A stretch of 64,000 nt of DNA. It comes from a virus. Its lineage: Duplodnaviria > Heunggongvirae > Uroviricota > Caudoviricetes. The translations under genes and the position numbers were made by a program. The notes under the pieces are model-generated. The model made no database searches. It had not been told where the DNA came from and saw only the letters and a list, made by a program, of their open reading frames with translations. The first letter of the stretch is position 1, and every line of letters begins with the position of its first letter. Below, in pieces: positions 28,613-37,936 of the stretch. Where the stretch lies: IMG/VR virus record IMGVR_UViG_3300026473_000783, one strand, 5' to 3'.

Positions 28613-28951
28613 TTAGGAATTTTTATTTTTCCAGCTCTCTCTAATTTTATTCATTTTTAGCATAGATTCAGCTTCTTGAGGTCTCCATTTTCCATTATCG
28701 TCGCCACGAGTGTTCCTGTATTCCCATCCAACTTCTAATAAACCGTTTTGACCTTTGAGTCGATAGTGAGTTCTTTCTAGTCCTCTCATAGCACTTTTAG
28801 TTAGAGAAAATCCTTTATGATCTGGGTGAATCACATATCTTGAGCCTGATTCATTCACAACGTCTTTAGCGTATTCTAATTCAAATCCATACTCATCTTT
28901 TAATAATTTGATTAGTTTTTGTTGAGCTTCTTTTTTTGTTAAAACTTTCAT
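28613..28951 (-). CDS. hypothetical protein (112 aa)
   Basis: Sigma-28-like motif 28992-29018. Confidence 0.4.
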   Translation of the reverse strand: MKVLTKKEAQQKLIKLLKDEYGFELEYAKDVVNESGSRYVIHPDHKGFSLTKSAMRGLERTHYRLKGQNGLLEVGWEYRNTRGDDNGKWRPQEAESMLKMNKIRESWKNKNS

Positions 28952-28991
28952 TTAATACCTCAAATTTTTAATTTAAAAATCTTTATTATTC

Positions 28992-29018
28992 TTTTCGGCT
29001 TACTTTTTTAAAACTTGA
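28992..29018 (-). promoter_or_regulatory. sigma-28-type promoter candidate
   Basis: TCAAGTTT-N11-GCCGAAAA. Confidence 0.4.
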
Positions 29019-29203
29019 CTATTTTCTCGTTTTTTTTGAAGTTTTTTAAAAATTTCTTCAATTCTTGCTTCATTTTGAGATTTAGGATAACTCACCCTTT
29101 CTAAACGATTCGCTCGTGTCTGTTCATACATTTCTCGATTTTTAAAAATTCAGCTTCTTTTCTATCAGAGATTTGATTTTATTTTTACGACTCAATAACC
29201 TTT

Positions 29204-29581
29204 TTAAGGGAGTAATCTGTGTTTAATTTGTTTATAAGTTCTCTCTGAGATCAAATAATACCCTGCTCCCCAACTTTTAGAGTGATAACTAAAACTATCA
29301 AGACATTCGCTTGAACAAAAACCGTGATGTCCCTCTTTAAAAATAAAGTCTTTTACTTTAGTAATATCTTGTTTAGATTTTAGGACTTTCTTTTTAATAA
29401 CTCGTACAAGAGTTGAGTCTAAAATTTCAGAGGTAAATTCTAAAACGTATACCGTCTCGCCTTGTTTAAAGTTATGTTTTTGACGGTGTAGCCAACCCTT
29501 TTTTAAAAGATGTTGAGTTCCATTTCTCTTTGGGGTAGACCAAGTTCCTGTTATATCGTTTCTTGTTATAGTTTTAGTCAT
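29204..29581 (-). CDS. hypothetical protein (125 aa)
   Basis: Internal Met with RBS AGAGG; track ORF 29204..29704 over-extended. Confidence 0.4.
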   Translation of the reverse strand: MTKTITRNDITGTWSTPKRNGTQHLLKKGWLHRQKHNFKQGETVYVLEFTSEILDSTLVRVIKKKVLKSKQDITKVKDFIFKEGHHGFCSSECLDSFSYHSKSWGAGYYLISERTYKQIKHRLLP

Positions 29582-29612
29582 TTTAAGACCTCTATTAGTA
29601 AAAGAGTTTTTA

Positions 29613-30029
29613 TTTATTTCTATTTGATAAGTAAATAATGTTAGATAGATTTGTTTGTTTAATTTCCAAAACTTCTCTAAATTTAGGAGGATTTGGAAAG
29701 ACATTCTCTTTTTTTTGTGTTAGTTGAACCAAGCTGTTTAAAATTTTTGAAATGAAAGTTCCAAAAACAACAACTGTAGTAAATAAAAGGATAAACACCA
29801 AAGCTAATGCTGATAGACTCAGTCCTAAAGGTCCAAAGATAAAAGACATTCCTGAAAGAAGTGAAAGAGCTTCTATGCTATCTTTTTCTTTTAAGTCTAC
29901 TGTAAATAAACCAATCGAAATCACGATCAGAGATCCAACAATTCCTGATAAATACCATTGCCAAGATATGAATGGATCGGCCATGGCTTGATTTAGGATA
30001 TTTGCGATTAAAGATAAAGTGTTTGTCAT
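29613..30029 (-). CDS. polytopic membrane protein, paralog of 13623..14042
   Basis: MTNTLSLIANILNQAMADP...; track ORF extends through the sigma-54 promoter and UAS. Confidence 0.5.
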
Positions 30030-30051
30030 AAAAACCTCTTTAGAGTAAATA

Positions 30052-30190
30052 ATAGCAAAAATTAAGCCAAGCTTTAAGTCGCATATAGATGATTTGAGAC
30101 AAGGGGTGTAAAAACTTTGGATAGATATTTTAGATAAGTGGTTGATTTTATTAGATGTCAAACTTTTAATCGATGAGTAAAAGCTTGACA
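30052..30190 (-). promoter_or_regulatory. sigma-54 promoter cassette
   Basis: TTGGCTTAATTTTTGCT; UAS 30141-30190. Confidence 0.6.
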
Positions 30191-30401
30191 CTTTCTAAAT
30201 TTTGATTTATTTCTACAAATTGTAAAAATTATCTTATATTTGTTTTGTTCAATTATATGGAACATATGTACATGATTTTAGAACAGTAAAAAACCCATAA
30301 TTTAAATGACGGATACCGCTCATTAGATAATAGGCTCAAGAATCACAATTTTGGCTGTTCAGAAATTATTAGAAGTTGTTAATGGGTTGTTTGTTTTAAG
30401 A

Positions 30402-30444
30402 AAACTCCGGATTTTGGATAATTCTATAAATCCGGAGTTTTTCT
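30402..30444. terminator. bidirectional intrinsic terminator candidate
   Basis: 12-bp stem AACTCCGGATTT/AAATCCGGAGTT with T-runs on both strands. Confidence 0.4.
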
Positions 30445-30743
30445 ATAAAATTTAAACTTTAGCTTTTTTATTTCCATTAAATGTTAATTTAAAGATACAA
30501 AATGTGCATGAAAGAGTTTTAGTTCCAAATGTTGGTGAGTATTTAGTTGAAGGAAAAATTGAGTCAGTTTTACCAGCAAGATTATATATTTACAAAGGTC
30601 TTGACGATAATAAAAAATTAGTTGGTCATTATAATTGTTTTTCTAAATCTAAAAACTTTAACTATTGCTTAGAATTGTTTAAAAAAGAAGTAAAAGATTT
30701 AAAAGTTCCAGAAAATGAGTTTGACAAATTGATTAACTAATAA

Positions 30744-31115
30744 TTATTTTAATATATCTAAAATAGCCTTTTTTTTCTCTAAATTATAAACGGTAGTTTC
30801 AAAGTCTGGATTTGGAACTATTCTTACTAAACGATAAGTGTCTGGGTGTTGGACTAATGCTAAAGAGCATAAATCAACGGTTTGTTCTTTTATGTGCTCT
30901 AATGTCCATGGATTTATCTTAATTGCTAGCTCACAAAGTTCTTTTTTTTGATCATTTATGTATTGAATTGATGAAGGGGTTGTTTTTATTGATCGTTTAC
31001 ATAAAGAATCAGAAGGATTCGTTAGCACTGATAGAATCGAAGAATCGATCTTAATATATCTAAAAATATCTTTATCATTTAGATCGAATGGACAGAATTG
31101 ATCCATCTTGTTCAA
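30744..31115 (-). CDS. family-B DUF4116-like repeat protein
   Basis: ...VRIVPNPDFETTVYNLEKKKAILDILK. Confidence 0.55.
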   Translation of the reverse strand: MNKMDQFCPFDLNDKDIFRYIKIDSSILSVLTNPSDSLCKRSIKTTPSSIQYINDQKKELCELAIKINPWTLEHIKEQTVDLCSLALVQHPDTYRLVRIVPNPDFETTVYNLEKKKAILDILK

Positions 31116-31263
31116 GATATGAGATTAGATCTTCTTCACTGATTTGCTTTAACCATTTTGTGAAAAACCCATCTCTTCTTTTGTACAAAAATCCATTTTA
31201 TACCAAGCCTGAAATCTGATATCTTTTCTTGCTAGATAGATTTCAAATTTTGATTTAATTTCA

Positions 31264-31476
31264 CTATTTTTCATATCTAGATATTTTAACAGCGTTAGGT
31301 CTTTTTTTAGAAACTTCTTCGTGTGGTCCAAGCCAATTTTTATCGTTAACATTAAATTCAACTTGAACTTTTTCGATATGTCCTACCTCATCTAGTCCAC
31401 CCTCATAGCCATCGACAAGAACGGGAAGGTCTTGAGGAAATGTAGATAAGTGTTTCATTAACTCTTTTACAGTCAT
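31264..31476 (-). CDS. hypothetical small protein (paralog of 5192..5398)
   Basis: MTVKELMKHLSTFPQDLPVLVDGYEGGLDE. Confidence 0.4.
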   Translation of the reverse strand: MTVKELMKHLSTFPQDLPVLVDGYEGGLDEVGHIEKVQVEFNVNDKNWLGPHEEVSKKRPNAVKISRYEK

Positions 31477-31490
31477 TGGGTTTTCTCCTT

Positions 31491-31925
31491 TTATATTTTG
31501 TTAATTTCAAAAAATAATTTGTTAGATTGTTTAGATGAACAAATCAGTTGAAGATTAGAATGTATTTTTTCTTTTCCACCGATACGAAAAAAATAACCAT
31601 TTTTTAAAAAGTTTAATAATTTTTCTTGTAAATCAGGTGCGAGTTGATTAGATTCGTATAGAAGTAAAATTCCACCATTTGCCACTTCGATTAGTCCAAT
31701 TTTTTTATGATAAGCATTTTTAAAAGAACCTTTCTCATGACCAAAGATTTCAGATTCTAACAAAATACCAGATAAAGCCGAACAATTGATCATAATAAGA
31801 GGTTTGTCTTTTCGATCACTTCTTTGATGAAAATCACGACAGAACTCTTCTGCTTCATTAAGTGATTCTTTTAAGATAAGTATTGGTTTTGGTATTTTCA
31901 TAGAGATAGTATCGGAATTTTTCAT
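31491..31925 (-). CDS. truncated, degenerate sigma-54 activator (bEBP AAA+) fragment
   Basis: INCSALSGILLESEIFGHEKGSFKNA....GLIEVANGGILLLYESNQLAPDLQEKLLNFLKNGYFFRIGGKEKIH aligns to bEBP NCAAIPE.LLESELFGHEKGAFTGA...GGTLFLDEI..L....Q.KLLRVL....F.R.GG; Walker A replaced (KESLNEAE), GAFTGA->GSFKNA, Walker B DE->YE; only 144 aa. Confidence 0.5.
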   Translation of the reverse strand: MKNSDTISMKIPKPILILKESLNEAEEFCRDFHQRSDRKDKPLIMINCSALSGILLESEIFGHEKGSFKNAYHKKIGLIEVANGGILLLYESNQLAPDLQEKLLNFLKNGYFFRIGGKEKIHSNLQLICSSKQSNKLFFEINKI

Positions 31926-32000
31926 ATAAACTTTAATTTATAAGTGTATGATTTTAATACGTTTTATTTAAAAAATGGTTGAATGCGACAAATTGAAGTC

Positions 32001-32468
32001 TTATTTCAAAGCTTCTAAAAGAGCTTTCTTCTCTTTTAAATTTTTAAGAGTTGTTTCATGGTCTGGATTTGAGACTATTCTTACATGTTGATATGTATAT
32101 GGATTTTTTTCTAAAGCTAAAAGACATAAATCAACGGTTTGTTCTTTAATGTAGTGAATTGATCTTGGAAAATTCTTAATAGATAACTCACATATTTCTT
32201 TTGTTTGATCTTTTATAAATTCTATTGAAAAAGGATCATTTTGAATTGCGATCTTGCACATATGAACTGTTTGATTTTTGATAGCTAATAGAATTGTTCC
32301 ATCTTTTTTAAGATAAGAACAGATTTCTTCTTCACTGAGTTGGTTTAACCATTTGTTGAATCTTTTAATTTCTTTTATAGTACAAACTTTCAATCCTAAC
32401 CAATTTTTAAAGTAGTTAGTTTTTTTCATATTTCTTTCAAAAACCTTCTTGATTTGATCATTTGTCAT
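32001..32468 (-). CDS. family-B DUF4116-like repeat protein
   Basis: Internal Met MTNDQIKKVFE matches family N-terminus; ...VRIVSNPDHETTLKNLKEKKALLEALK. Confidence 0.55.
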   Translation of the reverse strand: MTNDQIKKVFERNMKKTNYFKNWLGLKVCTIKEIKRFNKWLNQLSEEEICSYLKKDGTILLAIKNQTVHMCKIAIQNDPFSIEFIKDQTKEICELSIKNFPRSIHYIKEQTVDLCLLALEKNPYTYQHVRIVSNPDHETTLKNLKEKKALLEALK

Positions 32469-32469
32469 T

Positions 32470-32922
32470 TTACCAAGAATCACTTGAGCCACCTCCCGAA
32501 GAATCGCCGCCCCCTCCATCATAAGAAGAATCACTACTTGAGCTAGAAGAAGAATTATCTGAAGTCCAGTAAGAATCGTCTGAAGACATTATCGAGTTTG
32601 AAGGATTCGAAGAATTTTCTTCTTTTTTTTGAATAGATTGTTTTTTATATTTAATTTTCTTTTTTAAAGAGCTTAAATGTAGTTCTAATTTGTTTTTTTG
32701 GATTTTAAGTTTATTTATTTGATCCGTAGAATTAGAATTTTTCTCTTTTTTTATTAAAAGATTTTCAATTCTTTTCTCTAATGTTTCTGCTTGAGTCATT
32801 TCTGTTTTTATTTCTAAAATTTGTTTTAAACACTCTTCATAAATTTTTTTTGTCTTTTCTAATTTTGAGTTAATAATAAAATAAATCACTAAAGCTATAA
32901 TCGCAAATATAAATAAAAACAT
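32470..32922 (-). CDS. TM + coiled-coil protein with Gly/Ser-rich C-terminal tail
   Basis: ...SSSSSSSDSSYDGGGGDSSGGGSSDSW; abuts 32924..33724 with a 1-nt gap. Confidence 0.4.
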   Translation of the reverse strand: MFLFIFAIIALVIYFIINSKLEKTKKIYEECLKQILEIKTEMTQAETLEKRIENLLIKKEKNSNSTDQINKLKIQKNKLELHLSSLKKKIKYKKQSIQKKEENSSNPSNSIMSSDDSYWTSDNSSSSSSSDSSYDGGGGDSSGGGSSDSW

Positions 32923-32923
32923 A

Positions 32924-33724
32924 TTAAAAACTCTCTTTCTCTAAAGAGCTAATCTCTTCTTCTAATCGTTTTATATCGTTTTGTAAAGATTCAACATCGT
33001 CGATTTTTTCAGTACAGAGATTGAAACATTTTTCTCTTAATTCGTTATTTTTTTCTTTTAAATAAAGGTAAGCTTTTTCTGTGGATTCAATGTTTTCTTT
33101 AATTGGTTTATCAGATAATTTCAAGATTGAAACTTCCATTTTAGAAATATCATTTTTTTTAACTAATAAGTTGATCAATAGAATTAAAGAGATAAAAACA
33201 AATCCTATATTTAAAAAATCATCTAAATGAGAGTTTTCTTTAATCATCGAATCAGCTCTTTTCTGAACAGCACCTTTTTGAGATACAACTTTTAAAACCT
33301 CACTCGTTATTTGAACAGCTCCAGCATTAAAATTACCGCTTTTAAAAAAATCATGACCTGATTGTAAAATTCTTTTCGATAACAGATCGGTTAAAGAGCC
33401 TTCAAGACCTCTACCGACTTCGATTCGGCTTTTTCTATCATTTGGAGCTATAACGATTAAAACACCATCATCTCTTTTGCTATCTCCAATTTTAAGTGAA
33501 TGAAAGGTTTTATTTGAAAATTCTTCTATTGATTGACCATTTAGAGCTTTGATAGTGATTAAAACGACTTGTGGACCCATGCCTTCACTATAAACCGCTC
33601 TAATCTGCTTATTAAGCTCTTGGATCGTCGATTGCGATAAGACTTGAGCTTCGTCCATAATTGGGCGCATAGGCTCTGATTTGGCCGATAAAGCGATTAA
33701 AAGGGTTATTATAATGAATTTCAT
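32924..33724 (-). CDS. TPM-domain (YgcG/TLP18.3-like) membrane protein
   Basis: Signal peptide; DEAQVLS...QVVLITIKALNGQSIEEFSNKTFHSLKIGDSKRDDGVLIVIAPNDRKSRIEVGRGLEGSLTD matches the TPM fold signature; TM, then coiled coil. Confidence 0.5.
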   Translation of the reverse strand: MKFIIITLLIALSAKSEPMRPIMDEAQVLSQSTIQELNKQIRAVYSEGMGPQVVLITIKALNGQSIEEFSNKTFHSLKIGDSKRDDGVLIVIAPNDRKSRIEVGRGLEGSLTDLLSKRILQSGHDFFKSGNFNAGAVQITSEVLKVVSQKGAVQKRADSMIKENSHLDDFLNIGFVFISLILLINLLVKKNDISKMEVSILKLSDKPIKENIESTEKAYLYLKEKNNELREKCFNLCTEKIDDVESLQNDIKRLEEEISSLEKESF

Positions 33725-33780
33725 GCGCTCCTTTAAAAGTTTTCTATCAATAGGTAAAGTTTAAATGAGTTTATTTTTAA

Positions 33781-34065
33781 TTAAACTCTTATCCTATAGT
33801 TTCTCAAAATTGCTTCAGCTTCTTCTAAAATCTGGTTAATGGCCAATCCTAAGTTTTTATTTTTAACTTTGATACAGATCGCTGGATAAAGCTCTTTTTC
33901 ATAATTAGTAGATCCATTTTCTTCAGCGTAGACGGTTCTTAGCCAAAAACCTAAGTTAAATCCAGAAGAACTCATATCCAGTTTAAAAATAGAGCCATTC
34001 ATCTTATATCCGAGATTTTTCGCTTTATCTAAAAATTCAAAAACATCATTCATCTCTGTTTTCAT
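33781..34065 (-). CDS. hypothetical protein (94 aa)
   Basis: ORF only. Confidence 0.35.
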   Translation of the reverse strand: MKTEMNDVFEFLDKAKNLGYKMNGSIFKLDMSSSGFNLGFWLRTVYAEENGSTNYEKELYPAICIKVKNKNLGLAINQILEEAEAILRNYRIRV

Positions 34066-34067
34066 AA

Positions 34068-34682
34068 TTAAACGGCTCGTCTTCTTTTAAAATCTACAGA
34101 AATCACATTATCTTTCGAAGTTTCGATTTCGTTTGAATAATTATATTCTTCTTCTTTTAAATCGATCTGTTTGCTTTGTTCATAGAAATCATTTCTCATA
34201 TCAGATAAAGAGTCTAATTTTTCATTTAATTGTCTTAATTCTTTTTCCATTTTTTCTTTAGACTCTTTTTCTCTTTCAATATTTTTTTGTTTTAATCTTT
34301 TTTGTCTTTCTTCATTGCATTTTTCTCTTAAACAAACACTCATCATTATTAACATTTTTTCTTGAGGAGAATTTAGCTTTAATTTCATTAACTCTTTATT
34401 ATCTTTTTTTAAACTGATAATAACTGTGTCAAGGTCATTTCTGTTTTTTGAATAAAAACACATAACTCTAGAATTATCTTCTGAAACAAGTCTATAAAGC
34501 TCATCTCCTTTTTGAGAAAATTTGTTTTTTTCTAAAAAAAATTTATATTTTTCAAACTCTTCTTTGTATTCTTTTTTAAGAAAGTAGAGAACTAATTTAA
34601 ACCTCCAAGATTTTAAATTTATATTGAATTCCAAATTTAAAATAAAATTTTTAAAATAAGCAGTAATCGCTTTAATCATCAA
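34068..34682 (-). CDS. hypothetical coiled-coil protein (204 aa)
   Basis: ORF only. Confidence 0.4.
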   Translation of the reverse strand: MMIKAITAYFKNFILNLEFNINLKSWRFKLVLYFLKKEYKEEFEKYKFFLEKNKFSQKGDELYRLVSEDNSRVMCFYSKNRNDLDTVIISLKKDNKELMKLKLNSPQEKMLIMMSVCLREKCNEERQKRLKQKNIEREKESKEKMEKELRQLNEKLDSLSDMRNDFYEQSKQIDLKEEEYNYSNEIETSKDNVISVDFKRRRAV

Positions 34683-34716
34683 ATTCTCCTAACAATATGT
34701 TTTCGACTTGTTTCTT

Positions 34717-34820
34717 TTAAAACTTAATGAAAAAAACTAAAATCAATAAAACTAAAAAAATAAAGGTAAAATTAACTTGTCGAATAAATCTATCAGCATA
34801 ACCTTTTTGGATTTGTTTCA
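34717..34820 (-). CDS. small membrane peptide (34 aa)
   Basis: MKQIQKGYADRFIRQVNFTFIFLVLLILVFFIKF; strong RBS AGGAGATAAG; directly downstream of sigma-54 cassette 34842-34980; below ORF-track length cutoff. Confidence 0.35.
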
Positions 34821-34841
34821 TATCTTATCTCCTATAATCAT

Positions 34842-34980
34842 TTTAGCAAATAATAGGCCAACCCTAAATCGAATATATTCTCTTTAAAGGACTTAACTGT
34901 TAAAGATTTAAACAGATATCTTCTAAGCTATTGATTAGACAGCTGTTAAACTTTTAATCGATGAATAAAGAATTAACAGC
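34842..34980 (-). promoter_or_regulatory. sigma-54 promoter cassette
   Basis: TTGGCCTATTATTTGCT; UAS variant TGTTAAAC...TTAACAG at 34930-34980. Confidence 0.55.
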
Positions 34981-34983
34981 TCC

Positions 34984-35994
34984 CTATTTAGAAGCTAAGT
35001 TTCTTTCTATCGATTTTAAAGAAGGGGTTGATTGATTGTTTTTTTCTAAAATCTTTAATTTCTCAAAATCAATCACTAAACTTTGATTAGAACTGTTCGA
35101 TATTGATTTTAAAAATTTATGAACATCTCTAGTTGAATTTTTATCTTGAGTCGATAAATATAAAGAAATTAAGCCTGATACAACTCCAACAGCTTGACTA
35201 ACTCCAGACATTTTAACGCCAAATCCGATAAGTTTAGCTCCATGCGTTATGACAAGATTTGAGTCATTAGACCAGCTCGATTTTGGATCTAAACTATTTA
35301 ATTCTTTATCAAAATTTGAAACTATAATCATGTTTTTCGTTTTCAAAGAGGCAGGATAGATCGGGGATTTGTCAATGTTTATCCCATCATTTCCAGTTGA
35401 GGCGACAATGATAATTCCTGCTTTTTCCGCTTCTAAAATGGCTTCTTTTTCTTTTTTTGAAAAATCAGGCCCAGCTATTGATAAATTGATAATATCCACT
35501 TTTGATTTAATCGCTAATTTAATCGCTTCAACTTCGTTATTTAAAGAATTTCCTTTAAAAAGAGAGCTGTAGTATTTTATAGGTAAAATTTTAACTTCTT
35601 GATTGATCCCAAGAATGATTCCAGATATATTTGTTCCGTGAAGAAGTTGATCATTCATTCCTGTATTTGTCAGATCATATCCTGAAAAGTTTTTAATCTT
35701 TTCTGGATTGTAGATTTTACTTTTTAATTGATGGATAAGTTCTTTTCTAAGTCCAGTATCGATAATTGCTATTTTTATTTCTCTTCTCTGTTTTAATGAA
35801 AGGTTGGGTAAATTGTAATTTTGTTTAAAGAAATCGGTTTGTTCTTGAATAATGTCTTTTTTAATAAATTTGGAGAAAAACGATTCAGGATTTTCTTTAT
35901 GGATATAGGTGAATGTTTTAGGCAATTTCTTAGGAAATTTATTCTCTTGATTTGAGCAACTTACTAAAAATAATATGAAAATAAATTTCTTCAT
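34984..35994 (-). CDS. subtilisin-like (S8) lipoprotein, degenerate
   Basis: MKKFIFILFLVSC lipobox; IAIIDTGL (Asp), HGTNISG (His), SGVSQAVGVVSG (Ser-motif-like); ATG at the predicted sigma-54 TSS (leaderless). Confidence 0.5.
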   Translation of the reverse strand: MKKFIFILFLVSCSNQENKFPKKLPKTFTYIHKENPESFFSKFIKKDIIQEQTDFFKQNYNLPNLSLKQRREIKIAIIDTGLRKELIHQLKSKIYNPEKIKNFSGYDLTNTGMNDQLLHGTNISGIILGINQEVKILPIKYYSSLFKGNSLNNEVEAIKLAIKSKVDIINLSIAGPDFSKKEKEAILEAEKAGIIIVASTGNDGINIDKSPIYPASLKTKNMIIVSNFDKELNSLDPKSSWSNDSNLVITHGAKLIGFGVKMSGVSQAVGVVSGLISLYLSTQDKNSTRDVHKFLKSISNSSNQSLVIDFEKLKILEKNNQSTPSLKSIERNLASK

Positions 35995-36004
35995 ATGTTT
36001 CATT

Positions 36005-36146
36005 GAAGCAAGAATGAGGCCAGTGTAAGATTGGTTTATATTTGATTTAATAGATGTGATGTCAATTTTTTAGACTATGAATTGAGTTAAATACTTGATT
36101 TTATTAGGTGTCAAACTTTTAGTGAGTGTTTAAAGGTTTGACACGT
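36005..36146 (-). promoter_or_regulatory. sigma-54 promoter cassette
   Basis: CTGGCCTCATTCTTGCT; UAS 36094-36146. Confidence 0.6.
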
Positions 36147-36158
36147 TTTTTTTAATGA

Positions 36159-36983
36159 TTAAGCACATTTTTGACTATTTTTTCGTCTCCATAGTTCTTC
36201 TAGGAATGTTTTTGATTTTTTTTCTTTTTTTTCTTTAAAATTGTAAAGACCATTAACCATAAATTCAAAATCTTTTTTTGAAACTTCTAAGTTAACAATT
36301 TTCTTTTTAAATTTCATCGATAGTATTCTAGCCATGTCGCATGAGCAGATACAGTTGTATTTTTCTAAATTTATATTTTTATGTAGAGAAAGTCTATTCG
36401 AATCGGCACGTTGAAATTCTTCGTATTCTCCAGCCATAACTAAATTTGGTCCATCAAAAACTGCTGCGATAGCTTCTTCACTATTGAAAATTCTATAAAT
36501 AACATTTTCTTTAACTTTTTCTTTTAAAATTCTTTCCACCTCTTTGTTAGCTAATTGGCAGTATTCTTTGACTATGTTTTTTAATTGATTTTTAAATTTT
36601 TTAGAGTTTTCTTTTGTTTTTCTTTGAATTAAAAATTTAATGACTCGATTATTTTCTTTAACCAATTCTGAATGAGCTAGATCAAAAAAATCTTTATTTA
36701 GCATTTTTGATAGGTCTTCACCAGATACTTCTTTTTGATTATGGCTTAAAATGAATTTATCTTCTTTGTGGAAGAAATATGGATTTGTTTCGTCTATAAA
36801 TTGAAAAAGATTTTCAGGAGTTAAATCGAAATAGGCTTGTGGGTCACCTGGGTAATAGTCTTTGTCAGTCAGCGGCTTGTTTAAAATTGTAGTTTTACTA
36901 AGCCTTTTTTCAAAATCATATTTTAATGATTCGTTAAATTTTTTATTTAATTGCTTTAAAATTTTTGATTCGACATATTTCAT
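36159..36983 (-). CDS. hypothetical protein, 280-aa family
   Basis: Paralog of 11673..12521; track start is TTG, Met 36983 preferred. Confidence 0.45.
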   Translation of the reverse strand: MKYVESKILKQLNKKFNESLKYDFEKRLSKTTILNKPLTDKDYYPGDPQAYFDLTPENLFQFIDETNPYFFHKEDKFILSHNQKEVSGEDLSKMLNKDFFDLAHSELVKENNRVIKFLIQRKTKENSKKFKNQLKNIVKEYCQLANKEVERILKEKVKENVIYRIFNSEEAIAAVFDGPNLVMAGEYEEFQRADSNRLSLHKNINLEKYNCICSCDMARILSMKFKKKIVNLEVSKKDFEFMVNGLYNFKEKKEKKSKTFLEELWRRKNSQKCA

Positions 36984-37186
36984 TTCTTTATAATAAGATA
37001 AAAGACCAATAAAGTCAAACAAAATGTGAATTAAGCGATAATTGTAAATTTTTTCTTATATTTAATTTGTTTGAATTTTAATTACTCTTTACTTTATCAT
37101 AGAAGAAAAAGCAAAACTATCAACTTTTTAATATATATTATATGAAATCTGGAGATTAAATAATAGTAAAATCCTTTAAGTATTTG

Positions 37187-37235
37187 ATTTTATTAGATGT
37201 AAAACTTATAAACGCTGTTTAAAAGTTAGATATCG
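37187..37235 (-). promoter_or_regulatory. UAS-like site upstream of 36159..36983 without a recognisable -24/-12
   Basis: tttgattttattagatgtaaaacttataaacgctg. Confidence 0.3.
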
Positions 37236-37397
37236 ATCAAAATCAATCGTTTTATACATTATAATGTCTTTTTTAAGTTTTTTTCTTTAAAATGTATATT
37301 ATAATGTTCAATTCATATCAAAAAGTACATTATAATGTCCTTTTTTTGATAAATAATTGATTTTACTAAATTATTCCATATTCCGATTTGGAATATT

Positions 37398-37895
37398 TTA
37401 AACTTCTCTTAAAATAGATTCAATTATTTTAAGTTGAGTTTTATTTAGATTTCTATTTTCTTTAAGCCAAGTTAAAAGTTCTACAGTATCTTTTCGATAC
37501 GATTCTTTAGGGTTGTCTGTTATATTCGCTAATCTATCTACTAGCTTTAAAGTTAGCGCATAACTTGACATGTTTTTCATTTTATTTTTTAAATAATTGT
37601 TTTTTCCTATTTTTAAAATTTCAGCTTCATCACTTGTTAATTCAAAAACTAAAGAAGCGACAAGGGGTGAAAATTCTTTTTCAATTTCTTCAAAGGTTGT
37701 TTCGGTATCCTCTAACGTATCATGAAGAAGCGCTGCACAGATAAGTTCTTCTATTTTTTTTGATTGTTTAAAAGAAGTTAATAGATATGATACTTTAATT
37801 GGGTGAGAAATATAGGGTTCATTTGAAACTTTACGTTTTTGTCCTTCATGCTTGTTTTCGGCAAATTTTAAAGCTTTTAATATCATCATAAACAC
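37398..37895 (-). CDS. HD-domain (p)ppGpp hydrolase-like protein (MESH1 type)
   Basis: ALKFAENKHEGQKRK..PYISHPI....AALLHDTLEDT; paralog of 19661..20155. Confidence 0.6.
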   Translation of the reverse strand: MFMMILKALKFAENKHEGQKRKVSNEPYISHPIKVSYLLTSFKQSKKIEELICAALLHDTLEDTETTFEEIEKEFSPLVASLVFELTSDEAEILKIGKNNYLKNKMKNMSSYALTLKLVDRLANITDNPKESYRKDTVELLTWLKENRNLNKTQLKIIESILREV

Positions 37896-37936
37896 CTCTT
37901 GAGATACTTCTCGGATATTTAAAATAAAACTTTAAT

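Noticed and set aside
29752-29991. Plus-strand ORF antisense to membrane-protein gene 29613..30029
   Set aside because: The minus-strand gene has a paralog (13623..14042) supporting its frame.
35369-35572. Plus-strand ORF inside S8-like lipoprotein gene
   Set aside because: Antisense overlap.
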